A stretch of 63,733 bases of DNA, filler included, from Sluysia triapertura (taxonomy: Eukaryota): the NCBI GenBank assembly GCA_046118255.1. It is 5 parts of 5 records of this genome, joined end to end, with 100 filler letters (N's around TTAATTAATTAA, not from the genome) between each part and the next. Parts side by side here need not be neighbours in the genome. Positions count along the whole stretch, not along the records: positions 26,869 to 39,061 come from JBJNIA010130071.1; positions 39,162 to 50,485 come from JBJNIA010185979.1; 3 more parts are not named here. The stretch is one strand, 5' to 3'. The translations under genes and the position numbers were made by a program. Shown piece by piece: positions 36,166 to 50,375 of this stretch. The notes under the pieces are model-generated. The model saw only the letters and a list, made by a program, of their open reading frames with translations. It was not told the DNA's origin and ran no database searches. Position 1 is the stretch's first letter. Each line of letters begins with the position of its first letter.

Positions 36166-37285
36166 TACTTGTTTAATCTGTGAAGGTTTCATATAATTCA
36201 CAAATTCGAATCGAAACAATGAATTATCATCATTAAGTATTTCTTATGAACTTTAAAGCTATGGTAATAGAAGAAAAAAGTCCGACGAAAAATACAAGGT
36301 GAAATTTTCTCTTAACGAGCTTTTATACATTGTTTTATAGTCGAGTAAAGGAGAAGGTAATGTGAGGTAGCTAAATATAATAATAAAAGTGAACGAGTTA
36401 AAAGATCCAGATTGGATGACTAGAGGTTAGCTTTTATGGCATTATATACGTCTATGTTTAAAAAAGTGTTGATATAAATAGCTGAATAAAATTCAATATC
36501 GCACAATTTAAATTAAATTGGTAGCTTCAATCTCTTAGTCAATAAATTTGAATTTCAAATTGATATTTTAAAATCGAAAAATATAATATTTCAATATTAT
36601 CTCGCAACTTACCCGACTTCATTAACGCTCAAATTAATTATCAAATTTCGAAAAGTACTGTGACTTTGAAGTTTAACTCAAAACGATTTGTAATACCATC
36701 TTTTAGAAAATGTTTACATACATCATTCAATGTGTTATACTAAGTACATGGGTCACTTTTCGAGCTTCCAAAAATGTAGTTAAATGTCCGCATTATGGCA
36801 AGAAATTGTGGCATTAATTAATTTTTGAATCGAATTTTTGTGGCATTAATTAATTAATTTCGATATGTAGAACTTTAAGCATGCTTTAAAATAGTTTCCG
36901 TTTTCAGAAATGTACATATGAACTTAAGATTCACAAGATACTATACATAATATTCACACTAAAAATTTAAGTCTATGAAAATGATGCTGTTAATAAAGAA
37001 ACCCATCAATAGAAAACATTTTCTTGTATCTTTAATAAGTAATTCTCTGAATTAAGATAACAATATTTACAATGTTCAGCTTAAAAAATTTGAACACATA
37101 AATTGCATTTTCAATTTGAATATCTATTACATAATTCTAAAAAGTTTTATTTTTATTCATTACTTACATTGACCGAAATGTGCGACATTTCTTTCACATA
37201 GAAAGATAAAATCAAAGTTTTAGAAAATAAAAATTAATATTTAAGAAATGACAAATTTTGAAAATATTAAATAGCTCAAACTAAC

Positions 37286-37576
37286 CTATCATTGATATCA
37301 GCTTTTTTACTTGCCTCATCTAATTCAATTGTACTAAGATTCAATTTTACATCATACTCATCAATTAAAGCTTCCAATTCGTCTTTACGTTTATTTATGG
37401 CATTCATTTCATTTAAAATCTGTTTAATTTTATTTAATATATCAAATTTATACTTCAGCTTTTCGCTCCTGTTCCTGAATAATGGCAGAATTTTTACGAT
37501 CAACTTCGGATTTTACATGATCGATTTCTTCTTTCATTTGTATAAGTTTTGATTTCAATTTTTGTAAACCGCTCAT
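37286..37576 (-). CDS. Tpm: Tropomyosin-like coiled-coil protein, first two coding exons (37576-37454, 37419-37286); downstream exons not found
   Basis: Exon 1 MSGLQKLKSKLIQMKEEIDHVKSEVDRKNSAIIQEQERKAE, then a 34-nt GT-AG intron. Exon 2 is 134 nt, ILNEMNAINKRKDELEALIDEYDVKLNLSTIELDEASKKADINDR, ending phase 2 before GTTAGT. It matches the length, phase and sequence pattern of the conserved tropomyosin exon AEAEVASLNRR..LEEAEKAADESER. Confidence 0.8.
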
Positions 37577-40500
37577 GTTTTTTGTTCAAATGAATTTAAA
37601 CTTTATCTGATTTGGAAATAAATTTGAGTTTAAATGTTTGCTAATTTCAACAAATTAATTAAACAAAAACCAAGACAACAATATAAATAATTTAAGTAAT
37701 GCAACATTTTAAGGACATAGTTATAAAATTAAATGAAATTAAAAATTAAAGCTGACTTCTGTTATTATTACTTTCATTAATTTATTCATATTCAGTATGT
37801 CTAAAAAATATATATATAGATCAACTAATGATTTTGTTAATAAAACAATAGAAAAAGAAAATAACATAACATGTAGCTAAACCAAATTGTTATGAACAGT
37901 TTTTTTACCTTTATTTAAATTATGTTTTATAAAAAAATATAATTTTATTTCATTTTTTTGTTTGTTTTAATAAATTTAAATTTTATTAATTCCTACTTAA
38001 CATACAAAATTTTAATTTGGCCGTAATTCAATTAATGTTTATTTTATTTTTGAACAGTTAAGCAAAATGTTATTTAATTTGGAAATTTAAGTCTAACATA
38101 CCAATTATGGATTATCCATTAACAAGAATAATTTTTCAAGTGAAAAGGAAGAACTATATTGACATATTTTTATTAATTGTTCAAAATAAATTGTTTCAAG
38201 TTATCAAAGAAAATTTTTAATAATCACAGTACTCGTACAAAATATTAATTATTCTATAATCACAATAGATGCAAAATTTTAGTAATGAATCAACTGGCAA
38301 GATACAGTAATAAAAAATCGGCCGAATTAAGTACTTTAGAAGATGGGTCTTCAATCATAAAACATGATGAAGCCGGTTTCTTGATAATTTATTGATAGAT
38401 ACTACTTTGACTCTACAAAACTGCACTACTCTTACTGATGAGAGAGATGTTGCAGATAAACTCAGGGTCAAATATTGTTCAATATTACACGATCCCGTTA
38501 TCTCTGAGACGAAAAGAATCTAAGTAATAAGCAGCTTTTGCAAATTTACAGAAATTGTGTCCCGTTTTTTAGTATTTTTATATATGTATTTTTAGTATTT
38601 CATCTATATTTGTGTGATTCATTTCTTTTTTTAAATGTGTACAAATAAGAAAAAGGATACCGAGTTCTGGATTAAGTTGCTCAGAATCGCTGAAATGCTC
38701 GAAGGCCAGTTTTACTAATAATAATAATAAATTAATTTATATTGCGCTCATATTTACTCAAAAGCGCTTAAATTAAATCATTCATTATATTTCTGAAACA
38801 GAAACAAATTTGCCTTTTTCTTAAATATTTCATAATCTTCCAGTAATTTGACATTCTGCGGTAGTACTGGTTGTATACTTTTGAAACATAAACGTAGCTC
38901 TTATTATCACTGTGGATTATTCTGCATAGATTATTATTGTCTCAATGAAATATTCATCTTGGTTTCCAATTTTTTATTATTTCCAAAAGATATTCAGGAC
39001 TTCCGTAATGTAAGCATTTGTAAATTATTGTCATTATTTTGAATTCTATTCTTGCTTTTATNNNNNNNNNNNNNNNNNNNNNNNNNNNNNNNNNNNNNNN
39101 NNNNNTTAATTAATTAANNNNNNNNNNNNNNNNNNNNNNNNNNNNNNNNNNNNNNNNNNNNAATGTTTTAACGTCAATTAATAATATTTTAAGAAAAAAT
39201 GATTAATTCTCGAATAAATAATGTTTTTTCGTTAATTTGTGATTAATAATGTTTTCTTGATTCGACATAAATTATTCAGTAATTAATATAAATACAAAAC
39301 TGCATAAATTATTGATATGATATTATTAACGGATTGTTTTTTAGATTTTTCTAACAAACATTTTACAAAAATTCTAAATTTAAATTAAAAATCAAAATTA
39401 TTAAATTTATAATATTTATATTATTTATGTGGTGTCACAGTCATATATTGTACTTTTATTCCCACATACAGTCACATAATTACATAAAAGTCATTAACTA
39501 ATACTCTTGACATTGCACAACTTCAACTCATATCATACAAACTAAAAGACTCAAAAATAAAATTAAAAAATCTTCAACACATAAACTATTATTAAAAATT
39601 ATCATATGTGGTTCCGCTGATGCCGCTTTTCTAATCTGCCTCAACATCACCTCCGAAACATTTTTTATTCCTACAGTAGAAATGAGACAATGTGAAAACA
39701 TATAGTTAACAGTTTGATAAAGGTGAAACTACAAACTCATTGCCGAGATTTTCTTTCACAAATGTTGAAACAAAAAAAGAAGTGTCTATTGATATAAAAT
39801 CATTTATTTTTAGTGCTAAAAAGCAAAGTGAAAATGAAGATGATACACAAATTTGTGAACATTATGAAAATATTTGGCAAAAAGATTATTCAAAGAAAAT
39901 AATTCATCCCAGATTAAATGCAAATTAAGCAATAAATTTCTCACAGTAAATATACATGAAATACGTAATCATATATCCACATCATATTATAATGAGTCCA
40001 TTTGTTTTTGTAAAATTTATTTTCCTTCCCATAGTTTACTTTATGAAAATTTTACAAATTTATATCAATGTTCTGGTAATTTATCAGATGTAATTATCCA
40101 TAGTAATTATCCATAGCTTTACAATTCATATACATCATTTAATAGTATAAATGATATATCAAATTTGAAATTAGAAAAAGTTTGCATCCTATATAAAATA
40201 ATGCGCTTATATTTGAAAGATGTAATTCGAAACGCAGTACAAATTTTTCAACAAATAATGCGTTACAATTCGAATTTAAATGAATTCAATAAAGCACCAA
40301 CAAGAAAGTCTTCAATTAGTATTTATTCATCGACGTTAGCCAATGGATCTGAATATTTAATTCCAGATAAAAGAAATTAATATTTTTTTGTTTAAATATT
40401 ACTTTATAAAGATTTGAAGCACTTTTTAAAAAGTTCTTATTATGAAAAACCGGCAAGATGGCTTTTTATGAAGAGATTTATCTTATGTTTAAGTCTAGCT

Positions 40501-41754
40501 TACACAATTTTCTTATCGAACAAGCTATTTTCAAACAGAAAAACCTAATGAAACTAAGTTCGCGAAAGGCTTTGGAGCCAATTTCGTGATTTTAACGCAG
40601 ATTATGAGCGAAAAACTTGATGTCAATTTGAGGTCAAAGCTGGCTATTGAAAATAATGTGCTTGCAATGTTTTTAGATGGAGGTCACAATTACACTTTGT
40701 GTTCCGGATTTGGTCGTGGTTTTGATATTTATGTTTTGAACTTATTTCATGAAGAAATTCCATATGAAAAGATGATATACCATGTACTTTTAATTAAAAA
40801 ATTTCAAAAAAGGTAATTAAAACGGGAGAAGATTGTAATCATTACGAAAGCAAGTCAATTGATGCTTTTTTTTCTTACGTATCTGTTTTTATAATATTGA
40901 ATTTCGAATTTTACGAAAATTGTTTTAAATCTTTTATTATGTTTATTTATTGTTACGATCATAACGAGACGAATGACTATGATAAAGATGATTTCTTGAT
41001 GATAATTTGATGATTATGGAAGTAATTGTGACGTCCGTGTTGATCATCATAGTAGTAATCTTGATTGTTTTTACAAGTGTGATTCTGTTAATGATATAAA
41101 AATTAAGTACGTTCATGGTCGTAGAGTAAGTAGTAAAGAAACTTTACGTACGTGTTTTATCCATAGGGAGAAGAGTATGGTTTCTACAATGTGCGAACAT
41201 AATGTTGAAAAAATTAGGAGTATTCAGTGTGATTAAAGTCATATTCCATTATTTAGTGGATCATCTGAATATTCAGCCTACCAGAATACCACGATTAACA
41301 ATATGCCAATAATTTTGATATCACATTCTTACTTTGTCACACGAATAAACAAATTTACTTATGTTTAGCAATAAATTATTATATTCGGTTTCGAAAATAA
41401 ATTCATTTTATTCTTATACGTTTTAGTATTGTATATTTTATAATTTTTATTTATCATTTCATAGTTATGTTTTTGTTATAATTTTAAAAAAAGTAAAATA
41501 ACAATAAAAAATAATCAAATTAAATAACAAGGGACACGCTATAATAAAATATCATACTTCTGAAATAAATCATCACGGAAAATTATAAGTGAAATATTAT
41601 TGCAAGTGGACGTATTAGTATTTCATTCTGGAAATAGTAAATGTTAGAAAAAGATATGATAAAATATAGGAGAATTATGTCAATATTGAAAAATATAATA
41701 TGGAAATTTTATATTAGATAAGAGAGAGGCATTTACTAACAATGTATATATATA

Positions 41755-41860
41755 CACCTATCCCCCGATTTACACGCTACTTGTTTTACACGGTTTTCCA
41801 AATAAGTTTTTTTACGTTTTTCTCAGGAACGCATCTACCGTGTAAATCGGGGGATAGGTG
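41755..41860. mobile_element. 106-bp MITE (Tc1/mariner-pogo type) with perfect 22-bp TIRs and TA target duplication
   Basis: TA-CACCTATCCCCCGATTTACACG ... CGTGTAAATCGGGGGATAGGTG-TA. Confidence 0.9.
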
Positions 41861-43510
41861 TATTTTCAAATTTATTTCATATGTTATTTTAAATGTTTAA
41901 GGTTTACTCCTGTAGATGTGATCATTTATAGAGAGTATTAGGTTATCAACTTTATGATTTTGTTAATTTTTTATTTAAATTTAATTTGATTTCAAAATTT
42001 AAAGCCCATGTAAGGCCTAACACAACTTTTATAAGGTAAATAACCCGAATAAAAATAACCAAATGAACAATCAATTTTATAACATAGACAAAAAGATTTT
42101 AATCTATTTCTATCAGAAACAAATTTTCAGTTAATCTGATATAATACGATAACTTGACAATTTTCTCGTATTACGTTCTAATAATGAATGTGGTAGCCCA
42201 TCACATGTACCCACAAATATTCCATATGCATCATGATCTCACTGTTAACAAATTTTATTAAAATCTTTTCTTCTTAATACAACAAAATCGCATACACCCT
42301 CAAAATCTACAATTTACATTCAATAATCAACATAAAACAATAATAAACTAAATCAACGCATTGTATATAAAACCATATTCTCTAACATTTTAACATTCCC
42401 ATTTTATCTCCTTTGCATCCACTAAAACATTTTCATCCGCTAAAATCAATTTAAATCCACAATCTCATCAAACCATCAAGTCACATTAAAAAAAAGTTTA
42501 TCTAAAATATTCTATTCTTCATTTCAATTACAACCACCTCTTTAACGTACCAAAAGCTAGACTATAACTTATCTCCTTTCCATACACTAAACTACACTTT
42601 TGTTCAATGCATTTTAAGTCACACCTCCAAATAGCTAAACATTACTTTCACTCAAAACTCCAATGCATATTTATCATTCATTTTAAACAGTCATATTATT
42701 TCAAAATATTTAAATCATAACCTTTCAATACTTAAGCTCATCTTCAGTCAAAAACATTAATCGGCATCTAAAAATTCATTTTAAACGTCCTACACATTAC
42801 TGTACAGCATTAGAACTACAATCGCATCAACTATATATTTAAAACTCATTCAAACTAATTTTCATTTAAAGGTGTTTAGTTTTAAATAAATTTAAATATA
42901 TTAAGAAACATTAAAGAGTACAAAGAAAGATTATGTTTTAAAGAATCTAAGGACTTTATGTATTTATAATAATAATAGTGATAAAATTGTTGTTCTCGTT
43001 ATTATTATTATTATCATTCTTAATTTTCATCATTTTTGACTTTTAAATATGTTGAGAAATTTAAAGGAATCAAAAGAAAGATCATGTAATAATTAGGATA
43101 GATTTTAAAAGAGTTATGTATTTACAACAATAATAATAATGTTAACATAGTTATTATTATTGTCATTTTTATTCGTTTATTATTCCTAATTTTTAATTTT
43201 ATTTCGCTCACGTAAACAGTAATTACCACTATCACTGGTTACCAGTGGTTACTGTGTACAAATTCTTGACGCCATTGACAGTGGCTTGTCTCTCAGTTTC
43301 ATGCAATGTTGCGCTATTAATATCTGTCCAACCAGAGTGCTCAGTTTTATCATTTCAATACCTCTGGTTGGACAAGAAAATAAAAATTTTCTTTTTTAAA
43401 TTACGCATTAGTTAAAAGTAAAAGAAAAATCAGAATTTTAAAAATATCATAAAAAATAAGACTCAGTGATTGTGCATATATCAACTGAAATTTTATAATA
43501 CAATTATGAA

Positions 43511-44390
43511 ATGATGAATCTTTTAAAATATCGAGATAATAGTCAATTATCGCATATATTTTTTGAAGTAAATAATCAAAAATTTAATCTTCAGAATTTG
43601 ATATTTACATCCACAACAGAATTACATAATTCATGGATTATTATGCTTACTGAAATGAACCTAATTGATATAGATATTGCATTGGCGAATCTTTGGTGGA
43701 TAATTTTCATACAATAATTTCGGAATTATCCGATGATAAGTCAAGTAAACGTGACAATAAAATTGAGAACGGTTATGCAAGTTCAAATGAAAGTATTAAT
43801 CAAGATTATGATAATAAAAATAACAATAAAAATGATACAATGACTGAATTTCATAAAACAGCAGTTCTTAATAAAATTGTAGGAGTCTTATTGGATTCAA
43901 TAAAGAGATGAGTTCATATTGGTGTAGATAGGTTAAAAGACATTTTTGTGGTATGTTGACTAATGTAACTGTAAAAGAAGTTCATAAAACAGATCACAAA
44001 GATGTGAAAGAATTAATTTATGAAGCAATCAAGTCGAAAAGAACTGATGTAGTATTAATCCATTATAATATTTATTCACACGTCTCTGATCGTAGTCTAT
44101 ATGTTAAAGTTACAAAAGAAATCATACCTGGAAAGATAAATCAATCAAATATAGATAGCATGGTGCAGAAAAAGATGCACGTGCCAAACACTGACCATCA
44201 AAATAATGTTACAAGTTATTCTGACAACGCACAAAATATCAAGATATATCCAATGCTATGTCCTTACAGATCCAATCAGAACGGAAAATGTCTAAAATTT
44301 GGAACTGCATGCAGATTCGCACACACAATCAGTCAGCTTCAGGAACTAATACTCTCCGGCAGTTTCCAAACAACACATAGAGCAGATTGA
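43511..44390 (+). pseudogene. Frameshifted CCCH zinc-finger gene (finger at 44259-44324, CPYRSNQNGKCLKFGTACRFAH)
   Basis: Three consecutive offset ORFs (43511, 43693, 43953) end in a C-x9-C-x6-C-x3-H finger followed by TISQL. AATAAA lies near 44483. Confidence 0.6.
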
Positions 44391-46230
44391 AACAATTATT
44401 ATTGTATGTGGCTAATAATTAGATCAATACAAAAATTGACTCAAGGACAAAATTCTTGTCCTGAGTCAACTATTCTGGTTCAAATAAAGTAAAAAATTTA
44501 TAAATCTCATGACAAATTGTTATTTATTATGTCTTTTATTTTAGATTCTGGAGCACATAAATATTTCGAATGGCATATTTTGGAAAAATTGATATTAATT
44601 TATGTATTAAACTTGATGTTCAATAGATTTAGTGAATTTTGTTATTTTTCTTTTAATTCGACTATTTTAATAATAATTTGTATGCTAAATGTTAAACTAA
44701 AAGCTTTATATTTAAAAATTCTTGAAAATTTTCATAAATTAAATAAATTTAATAAGTTAATGGTCATAAACCAATTACACTCACTACATTTTTTATACAA
44801 ACTATAACATCGAAAATAGAATTATAAATATATATCAACTATTACAACTAATCGTACTAGTATCACGTTTTTTAGCCGATGTAACCTATTTCATCCACAT
44901 TAACACGTTCTGAACAACACTTTCAAACTCTGCATTCTTTTTTTGTAACAAAAGACTTACACCTGATGGTATTTAACTGAAATATACTGGTAACGAATCG
45001 GAAATTATTGTGATTTCAAATGCCGATATTATAAACAATGATAAAGGTATTAATATGACTTAAGTAGTGACATATAATCCTAGAATTAATGAATAATGGA
45101 ATTTTACATTGGGTGATTCTGGTTCAAGTGAACAAAATTTTCTACGGATGATAATCCAAGTAAAAAAAACATCATTTTTGATTGCTCAAAATGTTTATCA
45201 TTATTTTATTCAAACGACTCATTTTAAAGATTAGTTGATTAATTTGTGAAGTCGATATACAAAATTGATTGATAAATGTGTCGAAGAGAATAGTACTAAA
45301 TAATTATTCGATTATAATGAAAGTGCTGTTCGACCAATGAAAGACGATTCGTCGGTTAATGAATACTTAAGATTAGAATATGAATCTATTTCAATTTTCT
45401 TACACATTATTTCTCAGAGTACTGAAATACTGAAGGAATTCAGTAGTCAATATTTGCCAATACGAAAGTTTCGTAAAGGATTACAGTGGAGCGATCACGA
45501 TGTATTATGGACAATGTTAGAAATAATGTTGTTAGATGTAAAGTATCCATATTGCAAAACTATCGGTATGGATAAAGATAGCCTGATTGCATTTTGGCTA
45601 CTCTTTAATGACGAATGCCGTGATACATTTAGACAATTAATTAAAATGGTGTCTACATAAGGTTTAGATCAATGGCGAATGTGGCAAGATTATCACCTTA
45701 TTCGACCACTATACTCGTTATGTCATGGACTATGGATGATGTTGTGATTTAGTTATACTTTAATAGTGGCAAGCAGATACATCAAAACTCGTGTTTTATT
45801 AAGACGTCGGTAAATTTTGATCGTTTGTATATAAATAATAATTTTACAATGTTATATTTTTCAGACTACAAATATGAAATAAGGACTCAAAAAGTACAAT
45901 CAGTGCAGTGGAGAACTCGATGATCATAAGTTAAGGATTACATGAAATTTTGAAATGTATTCACATATATTATATACTTAATAAAATCAATTGTTTTGTC
46001 TATTGTAAAGTTTTTGATTTTCGTATAAATCGTTCTCAAAGTATAAACAATAATATAAATGATAATTAAAATAATAATATAGATAATCAAATAATATCTT
46101 TCAAATTATTTAACAATAGAGTCAATAATAATTGTTCAGTCTTAAGAACCTTTAATAAACCACATTCTTAAAATTCAATATAGATAACAAACTCATTTCA
46201 AAACTCGGCCAAACATTAAACCTCCAAAAT

Positions 46231-46262
46231 AGAGGTACCGGGTTCGATCCCCGGGCAGTCCA
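46231..46262 (+). tRNA. Orphan 3' half of a tRNA-Ala-like sequence (pseudo-tRNA or SINE-head fragment)
   Basis: AGAGGTACCGGGTTCGATCCCCGGGCAGTCCA gives variable loop, T-arm and 3' acceptor strand. CAGTCC-A would pair with GGGCTG, giving G3:U70 and discriminator A73. No 5' half nearby. Confidence 0.55.
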
Positions 46263-49200
46263 ATTCATGAAGTCTAACATATTGAGTAGTTTGTTTAATA
46301 ATTTGTTTATGTAATAAGTGTTAATTTGTGATGAAGCTTGTTTATGACGATGGGAATTGATTTTGAGTTCACAAAAGTATTGTTGAAGTAAGAATGATGA
46401 AGATGGAAACAATTATTGTTGTATTGAAAGCTAAAGAATACCTTTGAAACCTTGTGGAAGCTTGAAATTGACTTGGAAAACTTTTGATTGCAGAATGATA
46501 TATTAAATTTGAAACTGCATATGTATTTGTTTTATGAAGACTAATCGATGAAGTTATAATTTGACTGAGTTCAAGCCTCAAAATTAAGCAAAGTCAAATT
46601 TTAATCAATTCTTAATCATGGAATGTTGAATTTCTTATATTTAGAATCATGCAAATATAGTGAATGGCATATGAGATGATTACTTTGAGAAAATCTAAAT
46701 GCGAGTATGAATTTTTTTGTAGAATGGCTTGTTTGAGAATAAGGACTTTAAATATTGGATGTGAAAAATGGTAAATCAATTAAATTCTAAAAAGTAAAAT
46801 TAAATTCATTATTTTTATGTATGTTAATATTGTTGATTGTTATTTTAATGTGAGAAGTAATTTAAGTAAAAAGAGAATGAGTAGAGTAAAAGAAAATGAT
46901 GGTTGATAGATCAAATTTTTGTGCATTGCACCTAATGAAGTTTGACAGACCAAACCTTGTCAAAGTTGTTCTTTTCGCAGCGTGAACCACATTTTTGTCA
47001 AAGAACACATTTTTTTAAATAAAATTGTTACACAAGTGTTAAATTTATAATTGTCAAATAACGTTTATTTTTCAATATCGACCGCTTTGCGACTTTCAAA
47101 CTCCCCATCAAGAAACATTATTTAATTATTGTATCTTGCTCTCATCGTTTTCACTTTAAATACTTGTATGTATTTGTTTTAATAAGTTCGTATCGTTCAC
47201 GAGCATCCGATGTTTTCATGCTTAGTACATATAGGTTTTAAATATTATTGATATTCTTTGAAATAATGTCACATAAAAGTACTTATAAAAATACTTGATT
47301 CAAGTGCCATTATTGAAAGGCTCAACAAAAACATAATTAATAAAATGAATAATGGCAAAATTAAACTTTACCTGGATTTCAGTTTTTAATGTGGCAGGTT
47401 TAGATTAAATAATTAGTTATAAATTATTAACTTATTCAATTACACATTTTTAAAAATGATTGTAAAATGTTACACAATATCGCTATAACATCAGAATTAG
47501 CTAAATATTATAAATATATAAATTGTACCATAATGTTTATTTAATTTTTACCATATGATGCATAAATTTTATTTGTAGAATAAACATACTTGTAATAAAA
47601 TTTGTATTAATTTTCTATTTCTGCAAATGTAAAAGATACAAAATTCCATTACACATAATGTCAATAAATTAATCATATGTTATTATTTTAAGTTTTTCTA
47701 AATTTAATTTACATCTTATAAAAGCTACATTTGTCTCCGACGTAAATAAGAAATATTTTTGTTGCTCCAGATTTAACTTCGTTACATTATTCAAAGTAAT
47801 GTCCATCTGAAACTAAATAAAAATAAAATTTTATATAAAAATAATTAATAAATATTCAGATTCATAAGTTCTCATCGCAGCACTATAACATGGTTAAAGT
47901 TATTTTTCTACTAGGAAAGGGAGAGATAGGATGTGTAAATTTTGAATAACTGTAAAATAGGTGTTTAATAAAATTCGCATATTCTAGTGCAGAAGTGCTC
48001 CAAATTGCCAAAAATAAAACTCTTCATCTTGCAACGTGTTCAAGTGGTATCAAAAAAGCTTTACCACACAATAACTTTGTCAACAATAACATACAGTCCA
48101 GGTAATAAATTACAATTTATTTCTATTTTAATTTGTAATAATGTTTTTAGGTGTCGTAAATATATATATATGTTAATGTAAAATTTATCTTGACTTCTTC
48201 TAAGTCTTTAAAAATTTATATGTTATCTGTTTAATCTAGTTTAAATATATCTAAATACTATCTTATACTTTAAAACTCTTGTTTTTCATTATTAATTCAA
48301 ATCTCTTTATCGAATTTAGAATTATTCTGAACTTCTCAATTAATGTTATCACTTTATATTAAACGTAACTGGAGGTATGAATTAGTGTACTCGTCCTCTA
48401 AGATAGAAATGCTTAATAATTTATTAGCGATAATTATACGATTATGTTTTAATCAACACTTAACTATAATTGAATTGTATTCGTAAATGTTCAAGTTTTA
48501 GCTTAATCATTTAGATAAATTATAATTATTAATAATCCGATTGCAATTATTTAATTCAAAATTTATTACTACAAACTATCACTCTATCTTCAACTCCTGT
48601 TTAACTTATAAATAAAAACAAGGAATAATATTAATGAAAATTTATTAATTCAAATATAAATAAAAACAATTGTTACTACAGAATTTATAAATAAAATTTT
48701 TATTAGAATTTTGATATTTTCAACTAATAAAAGAAAATAACTCTCACTTTGAATCTTTCAGTAAATGATTTCTGGATCTCGTAGTATTCTTCTGAAATAT
48801 TGTTATTGTCTCGACTCGTAATGGTAATGATAATAGTAATGACAATTTTTGTTGCGTAATATTGTTATTGTCTTGACTCATGATAGTAATGGCAATGGTA
48901 ATAATAATGGTAATATTTGTTGTGTATCGTATCCTTTTATAATATTTCCAACATAGTCACGAATAACATTATAATAATCAATAATTTCAGATTATAGTCA
49001 CAAATAGTAACCAGTTAATTACACTAGTGATCATTGTCAATTTCAATAAATAGATTATAGTCACAAAAAGTATTCAATAAATTATACAAATAAATTATTT
49101 TCTTAGACATTATCTCCTTTTCTTAGTTGAAAATTATAATAGAAAATTAACTACATTATTTCGTAATAAAATTATAGATTATTTTACAATAATTTATAAA

Positions 49201-49774
49201 TTATAAGAAATTTTATAGTAAATAAATAACAATGAATATTATTATGTACATATATTAATGAACTGATGTAAGTGAATTAAGATCATTAAATGCAAATAAC
49301 GCAATTATATTACGCTATTTACATTTAACGAGATGCTATTACATTGAGATGTCATTACATTTTGTTACAAATTCTTACTTAAGTAAGACAATCTTGTAAT
49401 AAATTGGCCGACAATCGTATGTATTTACACAAATTAATTAGATCGGTCCCGAAAGTTGCTGCTTGATTTTCTTGTGTGATTTTATTATTTTTTTCCAATT
49501 AAAATGTTTTATTGTCACTGCCAAAAGTATTTTATCATAGTAATAGACTGTTTTATTACTTTATTCTAGTATTTTATTATTCATAAATATTTTATTCCTA
49601 ATATTTATTATCCAAAAAATAAACTATTAATATTTTATTAAATTATAAAATATTTTATTCCGATTAATATTTCGAAGAATGTTTTAAAGAATCTTTTATA
49701 ATTATTCATATTGTGTTAACGTATTGGCGATATAAAAAATATTGTTTTTGTTAGAATACTGTAAAGGTCATTAA

Positions 49775-50375
49775 TGTTGGAAGACAAACTAAACTTTCAA
49801 GAAAAGAAATTCATCGTAAAATTCTGCACTTAAAGTGCAAGAAAATTTAGGACTCATTTTCAAAAGTACTACCACAATCTAATTCGGGATAAATTTGATG
49901 TCTATGGAACTCTTCAGATTAAGGACATCGTCAAGTGTCACAAAAGAGACAGTACTGGAAACATTTCATCGAAATTCAACAAAGTCATTGCGCAAGCTAG
50001 TCATGAGGTAGACCGAAGATCACAGTATTGTGATTGGTACTTGGAACAACGCATCGAAAATGCACACTTTACAACAAAGATTGTAAGGAACAAGTCCAAA
50101 ATCAATTTGAATGGTACAATTAATCGCCACAAATGCATCTATTAATGAACTGAAAATCCACATGTTATGTCAACAACCAGGAATTACCATGTGCGATTTA
50201 TCATCAGGAGGATTAATTGGCCATACTTGACAGTTTTTTTATACTATGTATTAGAAAAAAACGTTGAAGATTAAGTTTCATTTCCAACAAGATGCTGCAT
50301 TCCACACTAGTATCACGATTTATATCCTTCTTTGATAAGATCTTTCAAATCAGGTGGATTGGAAATAGAGCTGTA
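49775..50375 (+). mobile_element. Decayed Tc1/mariner (maT/DD37D-like) transposase
   Basis: DRRSQYCDWYLEQRIENAHFTTKIV..LNGTINRHKCIY**TENPH, FQQDAA and DKIFQIRWIG match DRRxxFCEW..LNGxVNRHNC.YW..ENPH, FQQDGAPPH and FPGRWIGR. Confidence 0.85.

Noticed and set aside
45337-45660. 107-aa ORF and neighbouring ORFs at 39740-40816
   Set aside because: Coding-like but flanked by stops and with no family I can recognise. Left unassigned.
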